Source: Octopus sinensis (Eukaryota). From it: a DNA stretch of 24,117 nt. The position numbers were made by a program, and so were the translations under genes. The stretch lies in NCBI RefSeq assembly GCF_006345805.1, contig NW_021836245.1, positions 1 to 24,117 of the forward strand, written 5' to 3'. Positions 8,856 to 19,152 of the stretch are shown in pieces (the stretch's first letter is position 1; every line of letters starts with the position of its first letter). Below the pieces are notes generated by a model. That model did no database searches. It was not told the origin of the DNA and saw nothing but the letters and a program-made list of their open reading frames with translations.

Positions 8856-9390
8856 GTATATGTGTGTGTATATGTTTGTGTGTCTGTGTTTGTCCCCCTA
8901 GCATTGCTTGACAACCGATGCTGGTGTGTTTACATCCCCGTAACTTAGCAGTTCGGCAAAAGATACCGATAGAATAAGTACTAGGGTTACAACGAATAAG
9001 TCCCGGGGTCGATTTGCTTGACTAAAGGCAGTGCTCCAGCATGGCCACAGTCACATGACTGAAACAAGTAAAAGAGTAAAAGCGTAAAATTACATCATTG
9101 AAATGTCAATGCTACAAGATAAAGCCTGATTAATCCAAAATATTCTGTATAAATTAGCCTTACATTTGGCGGAGTACTTTCAATGCTAACAGGTAAAACC
9201 AGCCTGATTGAACCAAAATATTCTACCTGCTTTATATTCAAACTGGCCATATCTGGCCTCTCACACTTTCCCCACAATGTTATTCTGAAATTAAACAATC
9301 AACACTATGAGATAATGTTTGATTAATTGAAAATAATGCTAATTAACGAGTATTACATTTGTAAGAGTAATCTAAACGCTAACGAGTTAA
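8035..9390. repeat. Old degenerate head-to-tail array (~5 units, ~170-200 bp) of a MITE-like sequence ending AATGCTAA-A-GGTTAA
   Basis: Shared motifs TATGTTCAAACT-GCCA-ATC, CTACAATG-CATTCTAAAA, CATTGAAAT-TCA, TTACATTTG. Unit ends at ~8208, 8376, 8571, 9196 and 9390. Unit 4 is interrupted by a SINE. Confidence 0.7.
8677..9086 (+). mobile_element. SINE family A (slightly 5'-truncated) inserted in MITE array unit 4
   Basis: Homologous to 4140-4552. The MITE sequence ...AAACAATT resumes after it as AATTACATCATTG. Confidence 0.9.
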
Positions 9391-9412
9391 ATACACATTT
9401 TAAAGAATATAT

Positions 9413-9828
9413 ACTCTTTTACTCTTTTACTCTTTTACTTGTTTCAGTCATTTGACTGCGGCCAGGCTGGAGCACCGCCTTTAGTCGAGCAAATCGACCC
9501 CAGGACTTATTCTTTTGTAAGCCCAGTACTTATTCTATTGGTCTCTTTTGCCGAACCGCTAAGTGACGGGGACATAAACACACCAGCATCGGTTGTCAAG
9601 CGATGTTGGGAGGAGAAACACAGACACACAAACACATACACACACATACATATATATATACATATATACATATATACGACAGGCTTCTTTCAGTTTCTGT
9701 CTACCAAATCCACTCAGAAGGCTTTGGTGGGCCTGGGGCTATAGCAGAAGACACTTGCCCAAGATGCCACGCAGTGGGACTGAACCTGGAACCATGTGGT
9801 TGGTTAGCAAGCTACTTACCACACAGCC
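9413..9828 (-). mobile_element. SINE family A, near full length
   Basis: (ACTCTTTT)n tail and the reverse complement of the family A body. Confidence 0.9.
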
Positions 9829-9899
9829 AAGAGTTTTTTAAAAATTTGATGGCATGCCATGATGCAGGTGCATTTCATGTTGTTTACAGTGTGCAGTGT

Positions 9900-10170
9900 G
9901 AAGGTGTGTGGCCTAGTGGTTAGTATGCTGCACTTGCAACCATAACAACATGGTTTCAATTCCTAGGTCGGGTGGTGCGTTGTATTCTTAAGCAAAATCC
10001 TTCATTTCACATTGCTCCAGTCCACTCAGCTGTAAATGCATTCCAGCAATAATTTGGGGAGTTACTCCTGCAAGGAACTGGCATTCCATCCAGTAGGAAG
10101 TGTTGTAATCTCACTCAATTATACACCATGGAAATCAGGTGAAGCTCTGGCCTTATGAGTCCTTGGGGTC
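9900..10170 (+). mobile_element. SINE family D (tRNA-derived head, CORE/V-like body), diverged
   Basis: A-box TGGCCTAGTGG (9909-9919) and B-box GGTTTCAATTCC (9952-9963), followed by TTCTTAAGCAAAATCCTTCATTTCACATTGCTCCAGTCCACTCAGCTG. It does not fold as a complete tRNA. Confidence 0.6.
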
Positions 10171-10369
10171 CTGACAGATTTTTATAGCATGCAACAGATA
10201 AAAAGGAGGGAAGTAGAGAGGCAGAAACAGTGTCTGGCTGTAGAGGAGGTACATGGGTACCCAGTGAGAGAGAGGTACAAGAAAGAGGCCAGGAATAAGG
10301 GTGCTCATGTAAAGGTGATACTTGGTTATTTAGTCAGAGGAAAAACAAGAGAAAGAGAGAGATAGAGTC

Positions 10370-10835
10370 TCACACACACACACACACACACATGAACACA
10401 TACACACACACACAGACACATGAACACATACACACACACACACAGACACATGAGCACATACACACAGACACATGAACACATACACACACACACACAGACA
10501 CATGAGCACATACACACACACACACACACATGAACACAAACACACACACACACACACACACATGAACACATACACACACACAGACACACACACACTGAAA
10601 CACATACACACACACACACACATGAACACATACACACACACACATACACAGACACATGAACACATACACACAGACACATGAACACATACACACAGACACA
10701 TGAACACATACACACACACACATGAACACATACACACACACACATGAACACATACACACACACACATGAACACACACACACATGCATGTGCACACACAGA
10801 CACACAGACACACAGACACACAGACACACACACAT
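10370..10835. repeat. CA-rich minisatellite (CATGAACACATAC(AC)n units)
   Basis: Recurrent CATGAACACATAC motif separated by variable CA runs. Confidence 0.9.
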
Positions 10836-11085
10836 CAAGAGAGAAAGAGTGAACTACACAGATTTATCATAATTTGTCTAGAGTGTAATCAATTTAGTTT
10901 CAGAGTACAAGATATATCCGGGAAGTACTCTGTCAGTCGGCCATTTTCCTCTGTGGCAAAATGATGGACCGTTCATTATTATCTTGAATTCAAAAGAACT
11001 CATCTCTGTCGTACGCTGATTGCATCAGTTGGATTCTGTCTGAGGATTATCGCATGAAGGACATAATTGACACAGAGGCAATATG

Positions 11086-11095
11086 ATCCACCACC

Positions 11096-11126
<31 letters not shown>

Positions 11127-11380
11127 CCATCGTCGTCATCATCATCACCATCATCGTCATCATCAACATCATCATCATCACCATCGTCGTCATCATCATC
11201 ACCATCATCGTCATCATCAACATCATCATCATCACCATCGTCGTCATCATCATCACCATCATCGTCATCATCATCATCATCATCACCATCACCATCACCA
11301 TCGTCATGATCATCATCATCCTCATCATCATCATCATCATCATCAGCATCATCATCTTCACCACCACCACCACCACCACC
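11086..11380. repeat. (CAT)n/(CAC)n trinucleotide array with 54-bp higher-order period
   Basis: The CAA variant recurs at 11164 and 11218. The pattern gives the spurious poly-D/H/S/M ORFs. Confidence 0.9.
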
Positions 11381-11630
11381 ATTATCACTAATAGTATTAT
11401 CAGTGTTGTTAATACTATACCAGTGGTGATTATGACAACAATCACAAAAATGATGATGGTGGTGGTGGTGGTGGTGGTGGTGGTGGTAGAAGTGATGATG
11501 AGGTTGATGATAATTAGGAGGAGGAGGAGGGGGAGGGATCTTCCTCATTATCATTGTTCTTTAAGCTATTCATTATTGCTACCAATATTTCATCCTCACC
11601 ACCACCACCACACCACCACCACCGCCACCA

Positions 11631-11825
11631 CCATCATCATCATCATCATGTTTAATGTCCGTTTTCCAATGCTGGCATTGGTCAGATGGAGTGACAGGAG
11701 CTGGTCAGCCTGGGAGCTGCACCAGGGTCCAATTCTCTGTTTTGGCTTGGTTTCTATGGCTGGATGCCCTTCCTAATGCCCACCACTCCACAGAGTCGTA
11801 CCAGGTGCTTTTTACGTGCCACCAA
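11631..11825 (-). mobile_element. SINE family C-related copy (diverged)
   Basis: (CAT)n tail then GTTTAATGTCCGTTTTCC...CTGGATGCCCTTCCTAATGCC...TTTTACGTGCCACC. Confidence 0.7.
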
Positions 11826-11926
11826 CGAATGGTCAAAGGAGGGGGGGAGGATGACGGACATGGCCATCAGCCATGGAAAAATCTGCTTCAACCAATTTTG
11901 TCTGACCCATGCAAGCATAGAAAAAC

Positions 11927-12384
11927 GGACATAAGATGATGAAGGCTGAAGGATGTATGTTGTATTTGTATGAGGTGAAGCAGCTTCTTTGGGGTCACTC
12001 AGTCTCCAAGAAACAGCAGCAAAATCTTCCCACCCCTTTAAATAACGGGTCATTTAATTGATAACGTATCCCCTTAAATCATACCAGTTAGCTACTGTCC
12101 ACTCTTAATTGGTGTGATGGCCAAAACCAAAATGTCTCAGGTAACACCACTCCCTCACACTAGAATGATAGCAAAGGTCAAAGATAAAATACTCTAGATG
12201 ACTGGCACCACTCCAAAACTACAGGATGGTCACAACTAAAATGGACATAAGATGATGAAGGATGAAGGATGTGTTGTATTTGGATGAGGTGAAGCAGCCT
12301 CTATGGGGTCACTCAGTCTCCAAGAAACAGCAACAAAATCTTCCCACCCCTTTAAATAAGGGATCATTTAATTGATAACGTATC
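11927..12384. repeat. Pair of ~143-bp direct repeats (11927-12070 and 12243-12384)
   Basis: GGACATAAGATGATGAAGG...GGGGTCACTCAGTCTCCAAGAAACAGC...TTAATTGATAACGTATC occurs twice, offset 316 bp. Confidence 0.85.
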
Positions 12385-12387
12385 TCC

Positions 12388-12638
12388 ACACGTAAAAGCA
12401 CCATCCGTTCGTGGCCGTTTGCCAGCCCCGTCTGGCACCTGTGCAGGTGGCATGTAAAAAGCACCCACTACACTCACAGAGTGGTTGGCGTTAGGAAGGG
12501 CATCCAGCCGTAGAAACATTGCCAGATCAGACTGGAGCCTGGTGCAGCCTTCTGGCCTCCCAGACCCCAGTTGCACCGTCCAACCCATGCCAGCATGGAA
12601 AGCGGATGTTAAATGATGATGATGATGATGATGATGAT
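12388..12638 (+). mobile_element. SINE family C
   Basis: GTGGTTGGCGTTAGGAAGGGCATCCAGC...CCAACCCATGCCAGCATGGAAAGCGG with a (GAT)n tail; matches 368-548. Confidence 0.85.
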
Positions 12639-12654
12639 CTCCCTAAAATGTACC

Positions 12655-13246
12655 CGTGTGTTTTTGTGTCGTGTACGTGTGTGTGCATGTGTGCATGTGT
12701 GTATGTGTGTGTGTGTGTATGTGTGTGTCGTGTATGTGTGTGTGTGTATGTGTGTGTGTATGGGTGTCCCTCTTTACAATGCAGTTGTGTCTACGTGTAT
12801 CTGTGCAATTTACGGAGCAACAGGAACATGCATATTTGTGTCTGTCTGTCTGTCTGTTTGTCTTTAAGGTCATTGACATTAAAATTGGATTGCATGTGTG
12901 TGTGCGCGTGTGTGTGTGCGCGTATATATATAATATATATAGACATATGTATGCGTGTGTATGTATATATGACACTTATGTATGCGTGTGTGTTTGTGTA
13001 GGGGTATGTGCACGTACATTTTTGACATAGTATGTATACATCTGTACGTAAGTGTATGCATGTAGGTGCATGTGTGTGTTTGTGTGCATGCGTGTATGTG
13101 TGTGTGTGTGTGCATGTGTGTGTGTGTGTGTGTCTGTGGGAATGAGAGCAGAAACAAGAGTCAATGATATGAAATTGTGATAATATAATAGGATAATTAA
13201 TGAAAGAGAGAGAGAGGGAGAAAGAAAGAGACTGAGAGAGGGGGAT

Positions 13247-13278
<32 letters not shown>

Positions 13279-13464
13279 GAACTAAATACGATCTTTCAGA
13301 AAAATCGGAATACGAACAGTCGGAAAGTGGCATGTACAAATACCAGTAATTTAAACCATTGCAATAGCTGTCTGTCTCTCTCTCTCCTTCTCTTTGTATC
13401 TCTCTCTCTCCTTCTCTTTGTATTTCTATCTGTCTGTCTGTCTGTCTAGCTTTCAATCTATCTG

Positions 13465-13526
<62 letters not shown>

Positions 13527-13785
13527 AGAATAGAGAATATAAAAGAGAGAGGGGGATGGGGGAGATAGGAGGGTCTGATAAATTGTATTAGAGAAAACGA
13601 GAGTAAGAGTGGTATTAGGTTGATTGATAGATAGATAGAGAGAGAGAGAGAGAGGGGTAGATAGACAGACAGACGGACGAACAGATAGACAGGCAGGCAG
13701 ACAGAAAGACAGACAGAAAGACATACAGGTAGACAGACACTGACAGATAGATAGACAGACAGACAGATATAAAAATATATATTAT

Positions 13786-13827
<42 letters not shown>

Positions 13828-13830
13828 ATA
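12655..13830. repeat. Compound microsatellite field: (TG)/(TATG), (GA), (TCTG)/(TCTA) 13431-13525, (GATA)/(GACA) 13621-13770, (TA)
   Basis: Direct reading of simple repeats with short unique spacers. Confidence 0.9.
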
Positions 13831-13850
13831 GATAGATAGATAGATAGTAG

Positions 13851-14767
13851 ATATGTTTTCTTTATTAGCCACACAGGGCTGCACACAGATAGAACAAATT
13901 ACAAGGTAGAGCTTTTCTTTTGAAGGTTTAAAAAAAAAAAAAAAAAAAGAAAATAGGAAGGGGGAGTTTCGATCAAAAGGGATCGTAAAAGGAGAGAGAG
14001 GACAAAAAAGGGGGGTTAAAAAAAAAGGGGGAGAGGAAAAAAAAAAAAATTTGATCAATAGGGATCGTTATCACAGAAATGTCAATATGAAGTGTAAAGG
14101 GGAGGACAGGTGAGGTTTACCCGTGGAAAGAAAAGCCTACGGAAAAGACCACGGTAACCTCGTCAATGGAGTCACATGTTATATTTCTTTTTTTTTTTTT
14201 TTGCAAATAAGCAACTCTCTGTTTTCAATTTCTGGTTCATAGGATCATGCTCAAGGTGGCTTCGTCATTCATACGTGCCATTCTTGCTACATTCACCCAT
14301 CTTTTTTTAAAACATTCGCTAGACAAAACTTGCCTCTCTACTCTCACTTTCCTTTTCAAGTGGTACTTGAAGAAGTTGATGAGAGATTGACCAGAGAGGA
14401 AAGTGTTTGTCTCCAATCCTTTCAGACGCGTCCACCAGATACTTCTTTCGCCATAGCCACAAGGATGATGAATAGCTCTTCCTTCCCGTTTGAAGGAGGG
14501 AGGCGTGACAATATTAACGATAGACTCTCAGCTGATAAACCGATTCGTCCACACGTGACAGCAGTTGTTCGACACAAGCCCACAGGTCGGAAATTGTTGG
14601 ACACTGCACGAGTGCGTGCAGAACGGTTTCGTCGCTCTGACCGCATCTCGGGCAGGTCGGCCCCGTGTTTCTCGAGCCGTGTCTGTAGAGCTTATCCCGA
14701 ACGGGTAGCGCTTCTCGGTAGCACTGCCAGGCCAGGGATCTCTGGAAGTTGTCCATGGGCCCTGGCC
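13851..14767 (-). mobile_element. 5'-truncated Tx1/L1-clade LINE, copy 1 (ORF2 C-terminus with zf-RVT CCHC knuckle + 3' UTR)
   Basis: Minus translation ...ALPVRDKLYRHG...CPRCGQSDETVLHALVQCP..., then with frameshifts ...AMAKE..WWTRLKG...RKVRVERQVLSSECFKKRW...LSMIL* (stop 14237-14239). The T-rich 3' UTR ends AATAAAGAAAACATAT. GATA repeats lie on both flanks. Confidence 0.85.
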
Positions 14768-14775
14768 AGATAGAC

Positions 14776-14838
<63 letters not shown>

Positions 14839-14839
14839 C

Positions 14840-14893
<54 letters not shown>

Positions 14894-14913
14894 GTAGGTA
14901 GAGAGAGAGAGAG

Positions 14914-14950
<37 letters not shown>

Positions 14951-15061
14951 TAGATAGATAGATACGTAGATAGAAAAATAGATAGATAGATAGATAGACA
15001 GACATATGATTGATTGATTCTAGTTTCAGCTCACAAGCTGTGGCTATGCTGGGGCACCGCC

Positions 15062-15106
<45 letters not shown>

Positions 15107-15134
15107 AGAGAGAGAGAGAGAGATAGATAGATAC

Positions 15135-15179
<45 letters not shown>

Positions 15180-15220
15180 TAGATAGATAGATAGATAAAC
15201 AGACAAACAGATGGATAGAC
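14768..15220. repeat. (GATA)n array with (TA)n, (GA)n and (GACA)n blocks; contains a ~40-bp family A-like SINE tail at 15025-15061
   Basis: Direct reading. Confidence 0.9.
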
Positions 15221-15548
15221 ATGTAGAAGAGGAAGAAAAATATGAGGAAATATTAAGTGTTTCACGGGAAAAACTGAAAGAGAAAGAATTTAAAGTCAGA
15301 CAGCAAGAGAAATGAAATGGTTTGGAAGAGAGAGAGAGAAAGAAAGAGAGAGAGGCAGACACACAGACAGACGATCAAATTTAATTTTTTTTCTTCTTAT
15401 ATAATATTTTATTGAATTGAAAAGCGAATAGGATAGAAGAGTCTAACGGAGATGAAACGAAAGGAAAATTCAATGAAAGCAGACAAACGTAATTTGCTGT
15501 TATTTAGTTTAGATACAATACCATCAATTTCGATGGTATAATGGTGAA

Positions 15549-15706
15549 TCGATTATATTGACCCCGAGTATTCGAATGGTACAGTTTTATTGACCTAGAA
15601 TGGTTCAAAGGCAAAGTTGACCTCGGCAGTATTTGAATGCAAAATGTTAAAATGTCAGAAAAAAATGTTAAGTATTTTTTTGTCCTGCACGCAAACGATT
15701 CTGCCC
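15549..15706 (-). mobile_element. Degenerate SINE family B fragment
   Basis: TTGACCCC...GGTAC..TTTTATTGACC...AAAGGCAAAGTTGACCTCGGCAGTATTTGAA...GATTCTGCC. Confidence 0.55.
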
Positions 15707-15737
15707 GTTGGTTCTATCTTAATTGGTTTGTAATAAT

Positions 15738-15952
15738 GGTTTGGAATTTTGGCACGAGGTTAGCAACTTTAGGGGGGAGGAGACGGGTCAATTACATTGC
15801 CCCCAGTTCTCAACTGGTACTTGTTTTATCGACCCTGGAAGGATGAAAGGCAAAATTGACCTTGGTGGAATTTGAACTCAGAACGCAAAAATGGAAAAAA
15901 ACGGTGCTAAGCAATTTGCCTGGAGTTCTAACGACTCTGCCAGCTCGCCGCC
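15738..15952 (-). mobile_element. SINE family B, full length
   Basis: Ends ACTCTGCCAGCTCGCCGCC and contains GGATGAAAGGCAAAATTGACC...GAATTTGAACTCAGAAC. Confidence 0.8.
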
Positions 15953-16073
15953 TTAACATCGGTAAATATTACATGCAAAAATTCCTAATGTAAAACAAAT
16001 CATTTTATTGCATTTCGGCCTCAAAAGCAAAAATATCAATCTAGATCTGTCAAGTCCTGGGGTTAAGGTAATC

Positions 16074-16690
16074 AACTAAGTTAGTTAAGTTAAGTTAATT
16101 TTTTGGCTCAAAAAGCAAAAAGCAAGGCCATGTAGGGGGACATGGAGTTATGTACAGGGAGGGTGTTCATGCAAAGAGTTCAGGCCATTTCTGGTCAAGA
16201 GAGACTTTGAACCGAGCGGTTGTCGGCATCTTCACCATCTCGTCCGGCAGCTTATTCCACGGATCCGCAACCCAGACGGAGAAAGCTCCTCTCTTCGATT
16301 GAGATGAAATCGTCGCAGGTAGAGCTTTTCGGAATGACCCCGCAGCCGACGCTCTGGAGCAGGAGTGAAGAACAGCTCCTTCGAGAGGTTACACTTTCCA
16401 CTTATGATGCTGTGGGCGAGAATGAGATCACCACAGCGTCGTCGTTTTTCTAGAGAATAAAGGTCGAGTGTCTTCAGCCTTTCTTCATAAGACAAATGCT
16501 TGAGACCAAGAACCATGCAGGTAGCCAGCTTCTGGACTCTTTCGAGATGATGTATGTCTTTGAGGAGATAAGAGAAGAGGCTTGAATCCCGTACTCCAAT
16601 ATGGGTCTCACCAGCGTGACATAGAGCGGTAAGAATATGGCTGCTGTGAGCATTCCGAATGACCGTCGAATCAAAATGAGAAGTTCTGCC
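16074..16690 (-). mobile_element. 5'-truncated CR1-clade LINE 3' end (RT C-terminal region + 3' UTR + (TTAAC)n-like tail)
   Basis: Joining frames across two 1-bp shifts gives LIRRSFG..LPLYVTLVRPILEYG...ERVQKLAT.MV.GLKHLSYEERLKTLDLYSLEKRR..GDLI...RGHSEKL...FSVWVADPWNKLPDE...FKVSLD..WPELFA* (stop 16167-16169). These are typical CR1 motifs. The tail is at 16074-16098. Confidence 0.9.
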
Positions 16691-16784
16691 TTCCTACAAA
16701 AATTACTGGTATTGTTCCTGTGTTTTATATATATTTTTTCATTGATAGGACAGTGGCCATGCTGAATTACCTCTCATCCTCCTG

Positions 16785-16990
16785 AGTTGACAAAATCGTT
16801 AGCATGCCGGGGAAAATGCTTAGTGGCATCTCATCTGTCTTCATGTTCTGAGCTCAAATTCTGCTGAGCTTAACTTTGCCTTTCGTCCTTTCAGGATGGA
16901 TAAAAGAAGGACCAGTTTGAACATTGGGGCTGGTTTAATCACCTTGATCCCTTGCCTAAAAACTGTCGGCCTTGTGCTGAAATTTTCTAT
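16785..16990 (+). mobile_element. SINE family B (diverged)
   Basis: AATCGTTAGCATGCCGGGGAAAATGCTTAG...GAGCTCAAATTCTGCTGAG...TTTGCCTTTCGTCCTTTC...GGCCTTGTGC. Confidence 0.7.
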
Positions 16991-17061
16991 CAATATTATA
17001 TTACGGTTCAGTTAAGGGTGCAAACTAGCAGAATTGTTACTACCCTGGACAAAATGCTTAG

Positions 17062-17609
17062 GGCAACACTTCCTTTTGTACCTCCCTCAAAATACTCCCT
17101 TTTTTTTATTTAATATTTTTTTTTACACAAACCTCCATTTTCAGTTACAGAGAATACAGAAATGCAATAAAATTGGCAAAAATCAGCATTTTTAAATTAC
17201 CCCTCATCACCCCTAAATTCTTCATTTTTAACTTTTTTCAGAAATTTTTTTTTCTAAATATGCAGAAAAATATGGAGATTATGATTCTGAAAAACATTTC
17301 CAGAAATGTTTCTACTTAGAGTTAGGGTTAGGATTAGGGTTGGAGTTTTAGGGTTAAGGTTGGGGTTTTAGGGCTAAGGTTAGGGTTAGGGTTAGGTTTG
17401 GAGTTTTAGGGTTAGGGTTGTGGAAAAAATGAAATATTAAATTGTGGAGAAGGAGTAAGGAGGGGGGCAAAAATTTTCAAAATTCCAATTTTTGGCAATT
17501 TTCCGGAATCTCCATATCCGAAAAGGTGGGTTTTTGACAAAAAAAAAATAAATAAATAAAAAAACAATAATTTGCAAGAAAATGGGGGTGGACGGGAGGA
17601 AGTCTTTCC
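17062..17609. mobile_element. Foldback non-autonomous DNA transposon F2 (GG termini, 8-bp TSD, degenerate long TIRs, central TTAGGG-like tract)
   Basis: TSD ATGCTTAG at 17054-17061 and 17610-17617. Termini GGCAACACTTCC and (rc) GGAAAGACTTCC match 10/12. Degenerate inverted arms extend ~150 bp inward. Confidence 0.7.
17316..17420 (+). repeat. Degenerate interstitial (TTAGGG)n-like tract inside F2
   Basis: TTAGAG TTAGGG TTAGGA TTAGGG TTGGAG ... TTAGGG TTAGGG TTAGG ... TTAGGG TTAGGG. Confidence 0.85.
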
Positions 17610-17975
17610 ATGCTTAGCAGCATTTTGTCTGCCTCTGCGTTCTGAGCTCAGATTCCACCAAAGATGATTTTAACTATCATCCCTTTGGGGCTAATAAAAA
17701 AAATACTAGTTGAGTACTAGGGGTCGATGTAATCGACCTATCCCCTTCCCTGAAACTGCTGGCCTTGTGCCAAAACTTGAAACTAATGTTAAGGTCCACC
17801 CATTGCTTACTCCTAGGTTCACTTTACCATTTATTTTTTTTTTGAATAATCTGTATGCAAAAGTTGAAATAAGCAACAGAAAAATCTCGGGTTTATTTAC
17901 CAAACTGTTACAATTCACCTTTTTAACTAAATCACTGTGTTCTGCTTCGTGAGTCATTTTTATCCTCGTGTGTCT

Positions 17976-17976
<1 letters not shown>

Positions 17977-18008
<32 letters not shown>

Positions 18009-18360
18009 AACATACACACATACATACATACATACACACATACATACATACACATATACACACACACATACACACACACGAACATGTGCATACATACATA
18101 CATATATATATATATGTGTGTGTATATATATATTCTCTTTTATTCTGTACTCTTTTACTTGTTTCAGTAATGTGACTGTGGCCATGCTGGAGCACTGCCT
18201 TGAGATATATATATATATATGTGTATATATACGTATATATATGTATGTGTATGTATATAGAGTATGTGTGTGTATATATTTATATGTGTGCTTTTGTGTG
18301 TGCATGTGTGTGTGCACGTGTGTGTGAGCATGTGTGTGTGTGTGTGTCTGTGTGTGTGTG
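17977..18360. repeat. (CA)/(CATA)/(TA)/(TG) microsatellites surrounding a short family A SINE tail (18134-18201, minus)
   Basis: Direct reading. The tail fragment is TCTTTTACTTGTTTCAGTAATGTGACTGTGGCCATGCTGGAGCACTGCC. Confidence 0.85.
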
Positions 18361-18613
18361 CAGCGTTAGCAGCAGCCAGGGTGGATAGATGAGTGTGCAA
18401 TGGTAGTAAGTTTCGCTCGCAGCAGTTATTAGAACAGAAAGAGAAAAAAAGACAGAGAGAGAGAGAGAGAGAAAGAGAGAGGAAGGAATGAGATAGAGGG
18501 GGAGAGAGAAAGGGGAGGGAGAGGGAGAGGAGTGAAAGCGAGAGAGAGAGAGAGATTATGTAACTGTGGGATATGAAAGAGCGGCGAAATACTCTGGAGA
18601 TAGAAGCAGCACT

Positions 18614-18736
18614 AGATATGTAGATAGATAGATTGATAGATAGATAGATAGATATGTAGATAGATAGATTGATAGATAGATAGATAGATATGTAGATAGA
18701 TAGATAGATAGATTGATAGATAGATAGATAGATATG

Positions 18737-18798
<62 letters not shown>

Positions 18799-18840
18799 TG
18801 TAGATAGATAGATAGATTGATAGATAGATAGATAGATATG

Positions 18841-18874
<34 letters not shown>

Positions 18875-18885
18875 TGTAGATAGAC

Positions 18886-18918
<33 letters not shown>

Positions 18919-19042
18919 TGTAGATAGATAGATAGATTGATAGATAGATAGTTAGATATGTAGATAGACAGATAGATAGATAGATAGATATGTAGATAGA
19001 TAGATAGATTGATAGATAGATAGATAGATATGTAGATAGACA
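18614..19042. repeat. Compound (GATA)n array with GATATGTA and GATTGATA variant units
   Basis: Direct reading. The same variants continue at 19801-20100. Confidence 0.95.
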
Positions 19043-19117
19043 ATATGTTTCTTTATTAGCCACACAGGGCTGCACACAGATAGAACAAATTACAAGGCAG
19101 AGCTTTTCTTTTGAAGG

Positions 19118-19152
<35 letters not shown>

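Larger units (their letters stand above)
17017..17785 (+). mobile_element. SINE family B split by foldback element F2
   Basis: Head 17017-17061 (...CAAAATGCTTAG) resumes at 17610 (ATGCTTAGCAGCATTTTGTCTG...GGGGTCGATGTAATCGAC...GGCCTTGTGCC). Confidence 0.7.

Noticed and set aside
9900-9975. tRNA gene (likewise SINE A and B heads)
   Set aside because: A and B boxes are present but there is no complete cloverleaf, and the sequence continues into SINE body.
10860-11080. Possible host exon in a unique island (frames such as YKIYPGSTLSVGHFPLW... or SYADCISWILSEDYRMK...)
   Set aside because: No recognisable domain and no convincing acceptor/donor pair; needs RNA-seq or BLASTx.
11000-11776. Poly-Asp/His/Met/Ser ORFs as real proteins
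   Set aside because: They are entirely explained by (CAT)n/(GGT)n repeats open in most frames, with no splice or domain evidence.
14330-14773. 147-aa plus-strand ORF (also 19595-19819)
   Set aside because: Antisense shadow of the Tx1-like ORF2, whose recognisable motifs are on the minus strand.
16220-16453. 77-aa plus-strand ORF
   Set aside because: Antisense to the CR1 RT fragment.
17316-17420. True telomere or chromosome-fusion scar
   Set aside because: Short, degenerate, single-orientation and enclosed in a TSD-flanked element.
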